Source of the DNA: the human T2T-CHM13v2.0 reference genome, Homo sapiens
Strand: one strand, 5' to 3'
NCBI RefSeq assembly: GCF_009914755.1
Contig: NC_060926.1
Length of the DNA: 64,000 bases
A program made the translations under genes and the position numbers. Position 1 is the stretch's first letter, and every line of letters starts with the position of its first letter. Below the pieces are notes generated by a model, which was not told the DNA's origin, made no database searches, and worked only from the letters and a program-made list of their open reading frames with translations. Below, piece by piece: positions 26,047-42,669 of the stretch.

Positions 26047-27777
26047 AGAAATGAAACAAAGAGCCTGCACTTTGGAGACAGATGGTCTTAGGTTCAAATT
26101 CTGCCACTTAATAACATTGTGACTGAGAACTCCATGAACATTGTTTTTCAGGTGACAATTAAACAGCATATGATAGGTGGGTAATAATAATGATAATAGT
26201 AACAATGATAATTACTAGAGCAGCTATCATTAAATGAGTGCTTGCTGTGCTAAGTGATCTCAAAGTCACTGTACTAAGGGAATCTTTTAACTTTTACAAC
26301 AACTCTAGTAGATGGGTACTACTAACACATGTATACTTAACCAATGTCAGTTGCTTTATTCCTTGACTAAGCAAGTATTTACTGACTACTGGTTACATGC
26401 AGACATTGTACTAAGTGCTGGGGATTCAACGTCGGATAGGTTGTGATCCCTTCTTGTAAGGAATTCTCATATTAGGGGGATGGGGAAGAAGAGAAAGAAA
26501 ACATAGTATGACAAGGGCTAGCCAGAGTATGATGGGAGAAAATGAGGAGGAGAATATAAAAGGGACTGGGAATCAGAGAAGGCTGAATCCTCAAGAATGT
26601 GTAGCCAGAAGGGTTACTGAAGTGCTAGAAGTCATGGGCTTCTGAGTTCAAGACCAGTGCCCTCTACTTCCTGGATGAGTATCGTTTCTAAGACAAGGCT
26701 CAAGGCAGCATCTTCCCAAGGAAAGGATTACTTTTAAAAGAATAATAGCAAAAACACAATTCACTGTGTAAGATTTCAAATTCACAAAAACAGAGTAGAA
26801 TCATGGACCCCATCCACCCATCCCCTAGATTTGAAAATCAATCTACATTTTGCCACACAAGCTAGGTGAAAGGCACTTTTAATAAGATGATTCTGCAGTG
26901 GGCTCTACTGGTGATTCCAAAAGGACTGGATAGATCCCTCCGTTTCTCCTTTTCCAGAAACAGGATCTTCTTCCTCCCCTCCTTTGAGAAGGCATCCTTG
27001 GTTCTAACAGTAGTAAGTTGTGGGGCTGTCTTCCAACCTCTAACACTGCTGGAGGGAAACAGGTCCACACACTTGTTGGAGTAGCAGCCTCCTTGTAAAC
27101 TAAAGAGATCATTATTGTTGCTGTAATCAGATTTGCATTTTGCATGTATGGGTTTTATTTAAATGCTGGCTTGGTGAAGAACAATAACACAGTTATCACA
27201 TGGCCAGTGTAGTATGGATATCTTTAACAAATGGATTGGACACAATGGGCACCTTAGTTAAGATGCTGAACCATATTAAGTAACTGTTGTCACATTACTT
27301 GGCAATCATCTGGTGAATGGTAGACCTGATTGTAAAAATAGATTGGAATTTTGTCTGCTTTCCTCCTTTTTCTCCATTAGTCCCAGTCCCTGGAAAGGAG
27401 TCTGTTTCAGGCAGTATGCCCTGAGTGGCAATTTTGAAGGCAAGGAAAGTTAAAAAAAAAAAAAAGGAGTGCTTAGACAAGTAACCCATGGAATTTAATT
27501 CATGGTGCATATTTTTGGATTACAAAAGAATTGATCGAGCTTATGAAACAAGAGTAAGTAATTTCTGGAAAGAAAATCTTTTTAGCATTCACTTATGAGG
27601 CTGACTGAGGTTTACCGAAGTTAGAATAGTGCTGTTTTTGTTAAAGAGGAAGTGAATAGATACAGAGGAAAGCGTTTTGGATTGTTAGGAGTAGTATTGG
27701 GCAAGGTACTTCACACCTCTGAGCCCCAGTTTCCTTACCTGTATCATCTGCAAGATGCTCTTAGTCTCTATTATTTT

Positions 27778-28369
<592 letters not shown>

Positions 28370-28399
28370 AGTCTCTGCTATTTTGTGATATTAGAGAGT

Positions 28400-28660
28400 T
28401 TAATGCACTGTGATGGTTAAAAGCAGTGTAGTGGCCTTTCGGTATCGATAAAACTGGGTTCCGTGTCTGTGTTAGCTGCTTGTTTGCTGTGTGATCTTGG
28501 GAAATCTCCCTCAATCTTTATGTTCTCCATTTTCATCATCTGTAAAACTGGTGCAATAGTAATAGCTGTAGCCCAGACTCGCTATAAAGATTAAATGCTT
28601 TGTGCTTAGCACAGTGCTTGGTACATTTAAACTTTCAGTAAATGAAAGCTATGATTATTA
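28400..28660 (+). mobile_element. MIR
   Basis: gctgtgtgatcttggga...tttcatcatctgtaaaactgg...cttagcacagtgcttggtacat. Confidence 0.75.
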
Positions 28661-29371
28661 TTATATATTCTTCTCCATTTTATATCATATTCTACTTAAA
28701 TAATTAAAGATCCAGGAATAAAAATAAAGCCCTCAACAGAATTTTGCAAAAAAAATTAAGCAAAACATGTCTTCAGCTAGCATGATTTTCACAAGTGCTC
28801 TGCTCTGATCTAGTGCTAGATACGTAAAGAAAGGAGGCACTATTAGATCCATGGCAAGTATATGGTTCATCTCCAATTTCATTCATTTAAACAACCAACC
28901 AGCATCCCTGAATGCCTTCTAGGTTCTTGACATTCAATTAGCCTCCCAGGATAAAAAAGCAAATGTGACATTTTTCTTGCTATTATGAGGCATACAGTGG
29001 AGAGGGCAGAAGTAGACATAGCAATACTGTTGCATTACGTTGTTTATCAGGTCTCTCACCTTGTGCTTTGTGGAAATCCTGTCAGATCTGGAACCCAGAA
29101 GTCTGTGCCAATTTTAAAGTTTGCCTTAAAGCCAGCTTTCTTTGTGATGGTGTTTGGTTCCGATAGACCCTTGCTTATATTCTAAGTCCACACAATTTCA
29201 AATTCTACTTGCTGAAGTCTGCAATTGGTAGAATTCTCCTCTGCTTAAAAAGAGTTTATTTGAAAGAAAATTGGAAACAAACTTGAAAAACGTAGATTTT
29301 TGTACAGTTACTTGAAACAAGCAAGCAAACAAAGCAAGAAGAGGGGGCAGGCTGGTTCCACTTTAAAAAAT

Positions 29372-29605
29372 AATAAACATAGCTAACTTATACTGAGTAC
29401 TCATTATGTGCCAGGCAGTGGTTTAAGGTCTTCCTGTGCAATAATTCATGAATCCTCACAACAGTCATGTTAAGTAGATTCTACTATAATCCCTGTTTAA
29501 CTGGTGAGAAACCTGAGGGACAGGTAGACTGAGTAATTTGTTGGTCAGACAACTAGTAAATTGGGATTTGATCTCTTGCAACGTGACCCAGAACCAGGCT
29601 CATAA
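29372..29605 (-). mobile_element. MIR
   Basis: atagctaacttatactgagtactcattatgtgccaggca...aatcctcacaaca. Confidence 0.75.
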
Positions 29606-30584
29606 TCAGTAGTTTCTGAATGGCACAAGACACTTGTAATCATTTTCTATTGTTTTATTAAATATTGAACTCAAGAAAATTAAATCCCAGCAGGTTGCAA
29701 ATATAATTCAAACTTTTATTAAATGTCAGTATATTGTATCCTTGGATGCGTTTTGCTCCTGGGCAATTATCCAGGTTTGGAGCACATATTTAAGTATTTG
29801 CTGCTGTGATTGTTGCATTGACTTACAGTGGCAAATCAGATTACACAGTGTGGAGAATGAAATTACTGACACACACTTTTGGGAGGACACCTTTTGATTT
29901 TGGTTCGTGAATTCAAATGTTACCTCAAAACCAGCAGGGGTTCTCCACAGCCTGAGTATTTCCTTTGAACTACCTGCTCTACTGAAAAAGTTGTCATCCA
30001 ACCTGGAACCTCCTGTGAGTTCCAAAAGGGAAATAAAAGATCTTTTTCTGTCTGTCTTACTCTAGTATACTAGAAATAGTCATTTTGTAAGTCTCTGAGT
30101 CCTCCAAGAGGCATCCACGTTACTTACTTCTTGTACCTTAAAATGATCCCAACCACATATCCTCCTCAGTTACAAAATCCATCCTGGCAGGAAGTATTAT
30201 ATAGTCACCTTACCTCTGGAATTTGTTCACGCTCCCAGCCTGGGTGTCCAGCGACAAGGTCCCTGAGCACTTCCTCAGTGTCAGGCCTTTATTGCCCAGT
30301 GCTACCCAGTAACCTCCTTCCTGACACTAAAATTGAGTCTGCCATAAGAATACCTTGCCACTGTGGTCCTCCTTTTGGGAAGAAGCTTCATGTATCTATT
30401 CTCAATTAGGCCTGACTTCACTATGTCCTTTGAGGAGTATGCTGTAAGACTGAGTCTGACTCCTTCTGTTTCCAGAATCAAGGGCAAACTATAAGCTGGG
30501 AATGTTGGACTGAATGCTTGGGCTGCCTATGGAGCCAGTTGCAGAAGTAAGTCCTGGAGACAGGCAAGAGGGCCACGGTGCTCA

Positions 30585-31119
<535 letters not shown>

Positions 31120-31836
31120 TTACAGGACAGTGAGTGGCACCTGTCAGACTGGATGCAGGACCTTAAAGTTTGCAACTGGCCTGGCTTATAGTCTGGTTCA
31201 CCGTGCCCATGCCTATCTGCCCTTTGCTGCCAAGGCCCTAGCAGACCGCCTGCCTGCCAGAGTCTGGGCTCTGTCCCATCTTCAGTTTAATAGAATTGAT
31301 GTTACTCAATGCTCCCAGGACACATGGCATTGCTCTGTTTGGCTCTGGCCTGCTCTCAACAGAAGGGGGAAAGAAAAGAGGACTGCCAACAAGGCTATTT
31401 CCTTCCACTGCAGCCCCACTGTGCCTCCTGCTTCTTCTGAGTGATGAGCCTGAAAGATTCTGAGAATTTTTAAGTTAAAATATTTTATGTTTTCTATCAT
31501 AGAACATAAGTAGTGGGGGGAAGAAATCATCTCTAATTAAAGTCAGCAAGTGTTTATCAAATGTCTAGTACTTATCAACATTACTTACATCCCTAACCTT
31601 GTTATAAAGGTCACAGAGGGAAAAATAATATAAAATGTGGTTGCAGACTTTAAGGGCATATCCAGAAGTCACTATGACTTAAAATCATCTAATGCATATA
31701 GAACTGTAACTAATATTACAAAATGGCTCATGAGTTTAGATATTTCATGACTCAAATCATGTTGACTGAAACATAAACCACACAGAGAACATTTGTTTTA
31801 GTCTCACTTTCCAGCACCAGTCTTTAAAAGAATTCT

Positions 31837-32429
31837 TTTTTTCAGCTTTATTGAGCTGTAATTGACAAGTCAGAATTGTACATATTCAAGATGTGCAACT
31901 TGATGTTTTGATATATGCATACGTTGTGAAACGATTACCACAATGAAACTGCTAGCATGTCTATCACCTCACATAGTTGCCATTCTCTTTTTCTTTTTAT
32001 TTGTGGTAAGAACACTTAAGATCTACCATTTTAGCAAATTTAAAGTGTACACTACAGTATTAAACACAGACATCATGATGTACATTAGATCCCCAGGACC
32101 CATTCATCTTACCTAACTGAAACTTTATACCCTTTGACAAACATCTCCCTATTTCCTCCTCCTTCCCTCACCCTGTGCCCTTGGCAATCACCATTTTACT
32201 CTCTGGTTCTGTGAGTTTTATTTTAGATTCCACATGCAGGTGGGCGCTTGCAGTATTTGTCTTTCTGCATCTGGCTTATTTCACTTAGCATAATGTTTCC
32301 CAGGTCCATTCATGTTGTTGCAAATTTACTTCTTTTTATGGTTGAATAATATTCCTTTATGTATGTATACACACACAATGGAATATATATATATATACGC
32401 ACACACACATATATATATTTATATCACAT
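31837..32429 (-). mobile_element. L1MA 3' fragment
   Basis: L1MA 3'UTR; exact 14-bp TSD tttaaaagaattct at 31823-31836 and 32430-32443. Confidence 0.88.
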
Positions 32430-32493
32430 TTTAAAAGAATTCTAACTTTAAACTCTTTCTATGAATCCTTGAATTTACAACTAGTGATAAAAT

Positions 32494-32495
<2 letters not shown>

Positions 32496-32525
<30 letters not shown>
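32496..32525. repeat. (CA)n microsatellite
   Basis: Pure CA run. Confidence 0.95.
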
Positions 32526-32529
<4 letters not shown>

Positions 32530-33834
32530 TACACATGTTCTACCTTGAATTACTACCAAGTCAAACAACCACAAAGCTGGCCAATGAATAGCTAATAACT
32601 GGTTGAATGATCAGCCCATATATTCTTTGGCAAATTGGATCAAACCACAGAAAAGTAGTCTCAGATAAAGTGAACAATATAACATAATTTACTTTCTCAT
32701 AGAGAGAGGCTCTATTTAATTTTCACACCCCTGTGTCTGGTGTCCTTTCATGAAATACAGTAGTCTCCTTCTCAAAACTTCCCTGCTGGTGAAAGACATG
32801 CATTTTTTTAATGCACTCTTAATTTCTGGTATATAGGAATAAACTATGCCTCTGGGAAAGAAATGCATTGCATGGATACACTTTGTGAAGGTAAACACAC
32901 AGAGGCATTCTGCTTTCTGTTAATTAATGACAGTGACGACAAGTTTTTATAGGAAACCAATTTTGCTTTTGAACACCAGGGAGATCTTTGAGCATAAGAA
33001 ATATTTCAATTTAGGAAAATTATAGCACAGCCAAAAGCCCAAATGTAACAGGTGAATTATAGTTGGTCTAAAAAATTAGACACATTAGGAATTGGTCCAT
33101 GAATGTTCAGTAAATACAACTAGATCCCTGAAAATATTTTCTCGAAGCTAAAGACAACTCTGAAAGTTGGGATTTGTTCCAGCATTTTCCCAGGAGGTGG
33201 AATTCAGATGCATGGGCTGGGACTGTGGGAGCTGAGAGATGCTAGAGTGGTGAGCAGCCCGCTGGGCAGAACCTTGCCTGGCTGGTGAGAGATTGATGTT
33301 CCCTGGTTCCAAATGGAGACTGAGTCTGACATATTTGCAGAGTGGAAGTTTGAGCTTCTCTTGTTTTTATTCATTACAAAGTCATTTATGAATGCACACT
33401 AACTGTGACATGACCTCGCTGGTATATTTAAAGCAACCCTAGGCTGGTGGGGTCAAAAGTTTCATTGTACACACAGATGCGGCTTGTCAGCAGGAATGCA
33501 GATTTTGGCAGGGTTAGAGGCAATGGATGTGAGGGCTGAGTCACCCTGCAGAGCATGCCAGATAACCCCTCCCCAACCCACACAATGGGTTCTATTCTAG
33601 TGCCATTCCTAACTGCACGATCTATACTGTATCTGTCTTGGATTTGTGTGCGATTGTCTGCATAGAGGCATAGTTGGTGACAAAAGAATGATGAAAATCA
33701 GAACAGTTACTTAAAGTGAAAACACCAAAGTCTGGGTTCTCTGAGCTCTCTCGCAGGTGTTTACTCTTTGACTTCTAAAATCAGTTCCACAGAAATACTC
33801 AAGTGTCCACAAATACACACATACAAAGAAGTTA

Positions 33835-34210
<376 letters not shown>

Positions 34211-34216
34211 TTATGA

Positions 34217-34663
34217 CAGGGGTCCCCAACCCCCAGGCCATGGACCAGTACTGGTCCGTGGCCTGTTAGGAACTGTCCATAGAGTAGGAAGTGACCTGCG
34301 GCAGGCCAGCATTACCGCCTGAGCTCAGATCAGCGGCAGGCATTAGATTCTCATAGGAGCGTGAACCCTATTGTGAACTGCACACGCAAGGGATCTAGGT
34401 TGCACGCTCCTTATGAGAATCTAATAATGCCTAATGATCTGTCACTGTCTCCCATCACCTCCAGATGGTACCGTCTAGTTGCAGGAAAACAAGCTCAGGA
34501 CTCCCACTGATTCTACGTTATGGTGAGTATGAAATAATGATAGAAATAAAGTGCACAATAAATGTAATGTGTTTGAATCATCCTGAACCCCCGCCCCCTG
34601 TCCTGTGTAAAAATTGTCTTCCACAAAACTGGTACCTAGTGTCAAAAAGATGGGGAAGTGATG
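34217..34663. mobile_element. MER1A hAT-Charlie DNA transposon
   Basis: Starts caggggtccccaaccccc; exact 8-bp TSD aattatga at 34209-34216 and 34664-34671. Confidence 0.9.
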
Positions 34664-34890
34664 AATTATGATACATTTTTGCAATGGAGTATTATGTAGC
34701 TGTGAAAAACAGCCAGGCAGCTTTATATGGATAAAAATGCCCATCACAGATTGCTAAGGAAAACATCAAATGGCATATATATGTATATGTGTGTGTGTAT
34801 ATATAAAATCTCATTTCTGTGTTTTAAAAAACCATGTGTGTGAACCAGGGTTACAGTGTTACCTTTGGAAAGTGGAGTTAGACCAGGTAA

Positions 34891-35253
<363 letters not shown>

Positions 35254-35465
35254 TAGTACTAGAAAGTTTGCAATTAATATATATTACTTCTGCAACTAAA
35301 TATACATTTGAAAAAAGGAGATTAAATAACTACAAAGTTTCAGTCAAAATTCCCAGAGTAATCCTGGGATTACATAACAGCCAAAAAGCACAAATCCACA
35401 GCTAGAGACAGAGGTTCTATGGTAGCTCTAGGCTGTTGGATGAAACATTTCATCATCAAAGTATA

Positions 35466-36664
35466 AAGTCATGTGTTGCTTAAAAACTGGGATATATTCT
35501 GAGAAACGCATTGTTAGGTGATTTCACCCTTGTGCAAACATCATAGAATGTACCTATCAAATGTAGTTGGTAAAGCCTACCACACACCTAGGCTATATGG
35601 TATAGCCTATTGTTGCTAGGCTATGAACCTGTACAACATGTTACTCTACTGAATACAGTAGCCAATTGTAACCCAATGGTAACTATTTCAGTATCTAAAC
35701 ATAGAAAAGGTACAGTAAAAATATAATATTAAGGATAAAAAATGGTACCTATATAGGGCACTTACCATGAATGGAGCTTGCAGGACTGGAAGTTGCTCTG
35801 GGTGAGTCGGTGAGGGAGTAGTGAGTGAGTGTGAAGACCTAAGATATTACTGTACACTACTGCAGACTTTATAGACTGTACACTTAGGTGACACTAAATT
35901 TATACAAAAATTTCTTCTTTAATAATAAATTAAACTTAGCTTACTGTTAACTTTTTACTTTATCAACTTTTTAAAAAATGGTTTAACTTTTGTAATAACA
36001 CTCAGCTTAAAACAAACACAAACCCAAAGTACTTGGGTATAGCTGCGCAAAAGTACTTTCTTTCTTATATCCTTATTCTAGAAGCTTTTTTCTATAGATT
36101 TTTATTTTTTTTAACTTGTTAAATTCTTTGTTAAAAACTAAGACACAAACACACACATTAGCCTAGGCCTACATAGTGTCAGGATCATCAATATCGCTGT
36201 CTTCCACCTCCACATCTTGTCCCCTTGGAAGGTCTTCAGGGGCAGTAACAAGCATGGAGCTGTCACCTCCAATGATAACAATGCCTTCTTCTGGATACCT
36301 CCTGAAGGACCTGCCCGAGGCAGTTTTACAGTTAACTTGTTTTTTTTTTTGTTTGTTTGTTTTTTATATATAAGTAGAAGGAATACACTCCAAAATAAGG
36401 ATAAAAAGTGTAGTAAGTACATAAACCAGTAACAGTGATTTAGTATGAAGTATTATGCACTATATATAACTGTACGTGCTATACTTTAATACAAGTGACA
36501 GTGCAGTCAGTTTTTTTACACCAGCATCACCACAAACGCAGGAGTAATGGTTATGATGGCTACAAGCTCACTAGGTGACAGGGGTTTTTCAGCTCCATTA
36601 TAATCTTATGGGACCACCTATATGCAGTCAATCATTGATTGAAATGTTATATGGTACATGACTG
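35466..36664. mobile_element. Tigger3b (MER7-type) DNA transposon, ~1.2 kb
   Basis: Ends agtcatgtg...tacatgactg flanked by TA; internal cacacctaggctatatggtatagcctattg. Confidence 0.88.
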
Positions 36665-37589
36665 TATTTCTAGGATATGTGTTTTATCTTCTGAGAGAAG
36701 ATGAGACTAATTAAGTCCAAACTTTATTGGGCCGGCCCTTTTCTTCTATCAGTGTAATTGTACTACCAATAATGTGCTGTTATTCGTTTCCTATTTTACA
36801 GCTTACAAAGCACTTTTCACACCTTGAATAATACTTACAACAAATCTGTAATGGAGTATCCTTATTTTCAGAAAAAGTAATTGAGGTTTAGGGAAGTTAG
36901 TTTCTGTGCTCTAAATGACACAATTAGTTAGGGCAAAACTTTAGAAGGAGTCACATAGGGATTGTATCCCCAAGCAGACCATTAATTCTAGGTAAATCAC
37001 TGCTTTCTAGGTCTCAGGTTTCTCAACTATAAAACAGGGTGGCGAAGTGTTCTAAGTATAAAAGTATACAGTTGTTTAAATGAAACTGAGTAGCCGCTCC
37101 CTACCCACCACCCTTCAATTAACTGTGGAAAAATTCCCTGGATGTGGTTGAAGATATTTATGTTGTGTAGACATCCTTCTATTAGCATATTTAGGTGTAG
37201 GGTAAAAGGCTATCTACTGTGAATGGATTAAAAGGACAAATTCTGTTTTTACAGATTGGTTGGAAAGAACCCAAGGGGACATGGGCACAGCATCCCTTCC
37301 TGGGCCTCTTCCTCAGGTGGTGCGGGTGGGAAATCAGGAAGCTCCCAGACATGGAGCAACTCAGGTGATCATGGAACAGAGAGGTAAGGATTTTGCTTGA
37401 ATTTAGAGGGATGGTTTTGTACAGATCTGGTTGGTACATAGTAACTCTAAATAAATATTTATAAAACAATTGGATTTGTCATGTGGCTGTTTGGCAATGG
37501 GTCAGAGTAAAACAAATTGACTTTTCTTATGACTGAGCTGTCACCTGAGTCTTATTATTAATACCATCTGTCAAACAACTGAATCCTAA

Positions 37590-37941
<352 letters not shown>

Positions 37942-37957
37942 AGGGTCATGCTTTAAG

Positions 37958-38442
37958 GTGTGGGTGTTTTTATTATTCAGGAGGTGACTGCCATTGAAAA
38001 GATGTCTTGTTACTCCACTTTCCAAAAGGAGGGGCCATGCCACACAGGGTCACACCAGGGAGTGACAAGGTGGGTCAGGAGGCAGAGGGAGCAATGGAAA
38101 ACCTGGGCCAGAGCCTTTATTTATGGTTTCCATGAAGGAATGGGTGAGGCAGGGTAAGCAGGCTAGTGTGAACACTTCCCATGGGCTCTGGGGTACAGGG
38201 CCTGTCTCTATCAGGTAGTTTGATACCTGGCCCTGGGTGGTTAGGGTATAGTGTCTCCACCAGTGAGAGCCCAATAAAGGAGGTGATTGGGGCCTGGGAT
38301 CTGGATTGGTTGGTTTGCATATGAAAGACAGACATCCTTCACTATCTCTAGGAATTGGCCCAGCCCTGGGAGGGGCAGTCTCTCCAGGGTCAGCAAGGCC
38401 CCAGCTGTCAAAGCATCAGAATAAAAAGACATGCTTAATTCA
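37958..38442 (-). mobile_element. MER74-like ERVL LTR
   Basis: ctatctctaggaattggc..gccctgggaggggcagtc.ctccagggtcagcaaggccccag.tgtcaaagcatcagaat. Confidence 0.7.
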
Positions 38443-38970
38443 GCTGATATAAATTAGGTTAGCCTTAAAAGGAAGCACAGAATTGGCAAGTGGGAGTGCT
38501 AGGAAAAATCTGGATATATAACTTATCGCTCTGTATAATGACATGTGTACCAACACATATTACACATCCGTTGTGGGTCATGGGTTTGGCATTAGTGAGT
38601 GGGGGAAAGGCTTTTATGTGTTTTACTAGGTTACCTTGTCATTTGAGATAGTGTGTTTCTTTAGATGGTTTTCCTGCAATTGAGCTATACAATTACCAGG
38701 TGACAGTGGGTTCATTAGCATGGTGTTTCTAGCCCCTCCTACGCCACCCCCATATGTATACATATATATTCTTGGTTGTTTAAAGGTAGCATTTCATTAC
38801 CCACCTGTTTTCAAGATACAGGGAGATAAATACAATCCTAATATTAGTACCACAGATTTCAACAAAAATATATCTTGAAAATATATTTATTATATTATTG
38901 CCCCTCCAACTCCCCAACACCAGCCCCTTCCCTGTTTAGTTAGAGAGAACAGTTCCTGAAAAATATATAA

Positions 38971-39339
<369 letters not shown>

Positions 39340-40857
39340 GAATCAATAGATTTGTTTGCTGTAATTCATGGTACCCTTAGGTGAGTCTCTGAAAAATTAG
39401 CTCCCATATATGACTTAACATTGGCCTTGTTCTTACAGATGTATCATTTATAGAATGATAAATGCCACTGACTCTTCTCTTACACACACACCCACCTGGG
39501 CAGGCACAGGGCAAGTGACAGGTACCACCCATGCCTCTGATCTCAGGCCAGCTGATGTAGAGCATGAGGGGATTGCACTGCTTCTTTGTCCATGGGCTGA
39601 GAATTTCCTTTCATGTGGGGCTGGCAAAGCAATGCTTATATATACAAACATGCTTTTTTTAAAAAAAAAAAATACTTACACTCATTTGCCAGTTCACCCA
39701 GAGAAGCAACAGGTCTCAGGGCCAGTTCTTTCTGCTGGGAGGGTCCAATTTAATCCTTTAGACATAGCTAATTCATTTCCTTCATGACCTCATTCACTGC
39801 TGCATAACCACTCTTCCTCCAAACCTCTACCCTGATCTCCTCCCCAAGTGGTGCTAAGTAGTCACATGGAGCCCAATTTCTAATAACAAATGAAGTATTT
39901 TTTCCTTGTCATCACTTTAATAACAAGGGAAAGAAGCCTCCAAAGCCAGAGCAATAGAGACTGGATCAGGCATAATTTAGCTTCTCTTGCAGCCTTTGCT
40001 CTACATACCTAACCCCCAACTGTGTTCTTAACACCTTTCACTTTTATGGCACCAAGAATAAGAATATAAATATTATGCAGTTTCTTCTTCCTTTCTTTTT
40101 TTCTTTTTCTTTCTTTTTTTTTTTTGGCTGTTTTTCTATAAAGTCTTCATTACCAGTCCACATTCCCCTGGATTTAATAACTGAGTCCCTTTTCTTTCTT
40201 CTAGTTAGCCTTGATGTCTTTTCTTTCTTCTGTACAATAGTCCTCCTCTGGATCAATAATGGTTACCTCCTTTATAAGTAACTCTCAAAAGACTTAGATC
40301 CTTTTTCAGAGTCCAAAGGCAACCTCTGGGGTCTTGGTGGCTTGGGTTCAGGTAATGAGAGGGACAGCAACATATGCTTTATTCTGTTAAATGCCAGGTG
40401 AAAATCCATTCTGATTGAATTCAAAGTGAAGTTGAAAGAAAAAAGTCTTCACAGAAACAACTCATGGTTTTGCACAAACCTGAAGAACTCACTAGATATA
40501 TCCTTCCTGTGACTGTAACAGACAGAATAATCTGCACTTGGGTTTCTCTGTTGCTTTCTAGAGCATCCGCTATAGTAATTCTCACACCTTTCCAGTTTCT
40601 GCATGGCAGATAGAGCAGCACCTTGGGTAAGGGAGTGAGGGCTCAGGTAAAATAAATACCCCAAGAGAAAGGCAGCCAAGCTCTCAGGAGGACCAGCTCA
40701 GACCTTCATGCTCCAGCTGTTAAGAATGTTTATTTTAATACCTTTTGTAATTCCATAGACCTTTGGCGCATTCTCAGAGGGAGTAGGGTCAGGGAGGAGG
40801 GGAGACAATGGTGAGAGCTTCAGGCTACCTGTCTGAACAAGGAAGTGGCTTAACCAC

Positions 40858-41359
40858 TGTATTAGTTTCCAATTGCTGCTATATCAAATTACTACCAACT
40901 TACTGATTTTAAAAAAGATCGTTTGTTATCTTACAGTTTTGTAGGTCAGAAGTCCAAAATTAGTCTTACTGGGCTAAAGTGTTAGCGAGGCCATATTCCT
41001 TCTGGAGTCTCTTAGGGGGAATCCATTTCCATTTCCTTGCCTTTTTCACCTGGTGGAAGTTTTCACGTGCATTCCTTGGTTCTTGGCCCTCTTCCTCCAT
41101 CTTCAAAGCCAACAGGGTTGCACCTCTCTGACTCTTTCTCTATTGTCACATTTCTCTCTTTCCCAGGCCATAGCTGGGACAGTTTCTCTGGTTTTAAGAA
41201 CCCACGTGATTAGATTGGAGCCACATGAATAATGCAATGGGGAGAGGATACCCTCCCCATTTCAAGATTCTCAATCACAGCTGCAAAGTCCTTTTTGCCA
41301 CTTCAAGTGACTTATTCATAAGTTGGGGAGGGGGAAGTCAATTATTCTGTCCTACCACA
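40858..41359 (-). mobile_element. MLT1D-like MaLR solo LTR
   Basis: TG...CA ends; exact 5-bp TSD accac at 40853-40857 and 41360-41364. Confidence 0.85.
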
Positions 41360-41789
41360 ACCACAAAATTGACACCCTCACTGAGATGGAAAAAGGAAGC
41401 CTCTACTTTGGACCTGATGTTGTGAGTGAGTCAGGAGGCCACACCAGCTCAGGAGGCAGAGTTTCCAGGAGGCCCTTGTCAATGGTATGGAGAATTACAG
41501 GACCATCCAGAACTGGTAGAAGAGAAAGGGCTCCCGTGATGTGACCCCTTAGGCCTGCAGCCTATTAGTGTCAAGAGAGAGGTTAAAGCAAGAATCAAGC
41601 TTCTTGGGTCTGAGGGGCAAATAGAAGGCAAACAAAAATAAATAAAATAGAATAAAAAATAAATATTAAAAAATATGTTTAAATAAAAATAAAATTAAAA
41701 ATGTTAATTTTTGGAGAACTTCGGCAGCCAAAGGAGGGAGAGGAATCATTCTGTAGCTTGAGAGGATGGGAAGATTAAAGGTTTTTTGT

Positions 41790-42069
41790 CTGTTTGTTTT
41801 GTTTTGTTTTTTACTTTAAGTTCCGGGATACAAGTGTAGATTGTGTAGGATTGTTACATAGGTATACATGTGCCATGGTGGTTTGCTGCACCTATCAACC
41901 CGTCATCTTTATTTAAAGCCCCACATGCATTAGCTATTTGTCCTAATGCTCTTCCTCCCCTTGCGCCCCCACCCTCTGACTGGCCCCTGTGCGTGTTGTT
42001 CCCCTCCCTGTGTCCGTGTGTTGTTTTCATTGTTCAACTCCCACTTATGGTGAGAACATGTGGTGTTTG
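41790..42069 (-). mobile_element. Short L1PA 3' end
   Basis: ttgttacataggtatacatgtgccatggtggtttgctgcacctatcaacc. Confidence 0.85.
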
Positions 42070-42669
42070 AAGTTTTTTTGAAGGTAGAGAAAACTCATGT
42101 GTGTTTGAAGAAGGGACATGGAGAAGAGACCAAAGTCACCCATAAAACTGAAATTAAGGTTTCAATGTGAATTTAAAAATTGTCATTATTAATATTATTA
42201 TTGCTTGCCTGTAATAAAATTTCATGTGTCAGACTGATGTGATGTCAAATAAAGTAGAATTTTAAAAAATCCCATTACAGCTGAGGGTCCTTCTCGCTTC
42301 TCATTTGTTTCACCATCATTGCTAGATTAATTCTTAATCACCCTTCTTCCATCATGTCATTCATGGCCTAAGATCTTGAGTTTCTCGTGTTGTTCAAATC
42401 TTCTACAGTCTGAATCTAACCATTATTTCCAAACTTAATCTGAACTTTTTAATCACAAACCCTCCTGTCTGGCAGGACCTGGAAGCTCAATGTCTTGTGT
42501 ACATAACTTGTTCATTACTATCTGAGTTCACATGGTTTTCCATTGCCCAAATACTCTTCTTCCTCTCCACCAATATACTCATTTAGATATTTGAAAGCTT
42601 AAATTTCATTAATACTTTGGCTATCTCCATTTATAAGAGTCCTCCTTTCTTTGAACACATTAACATTTA

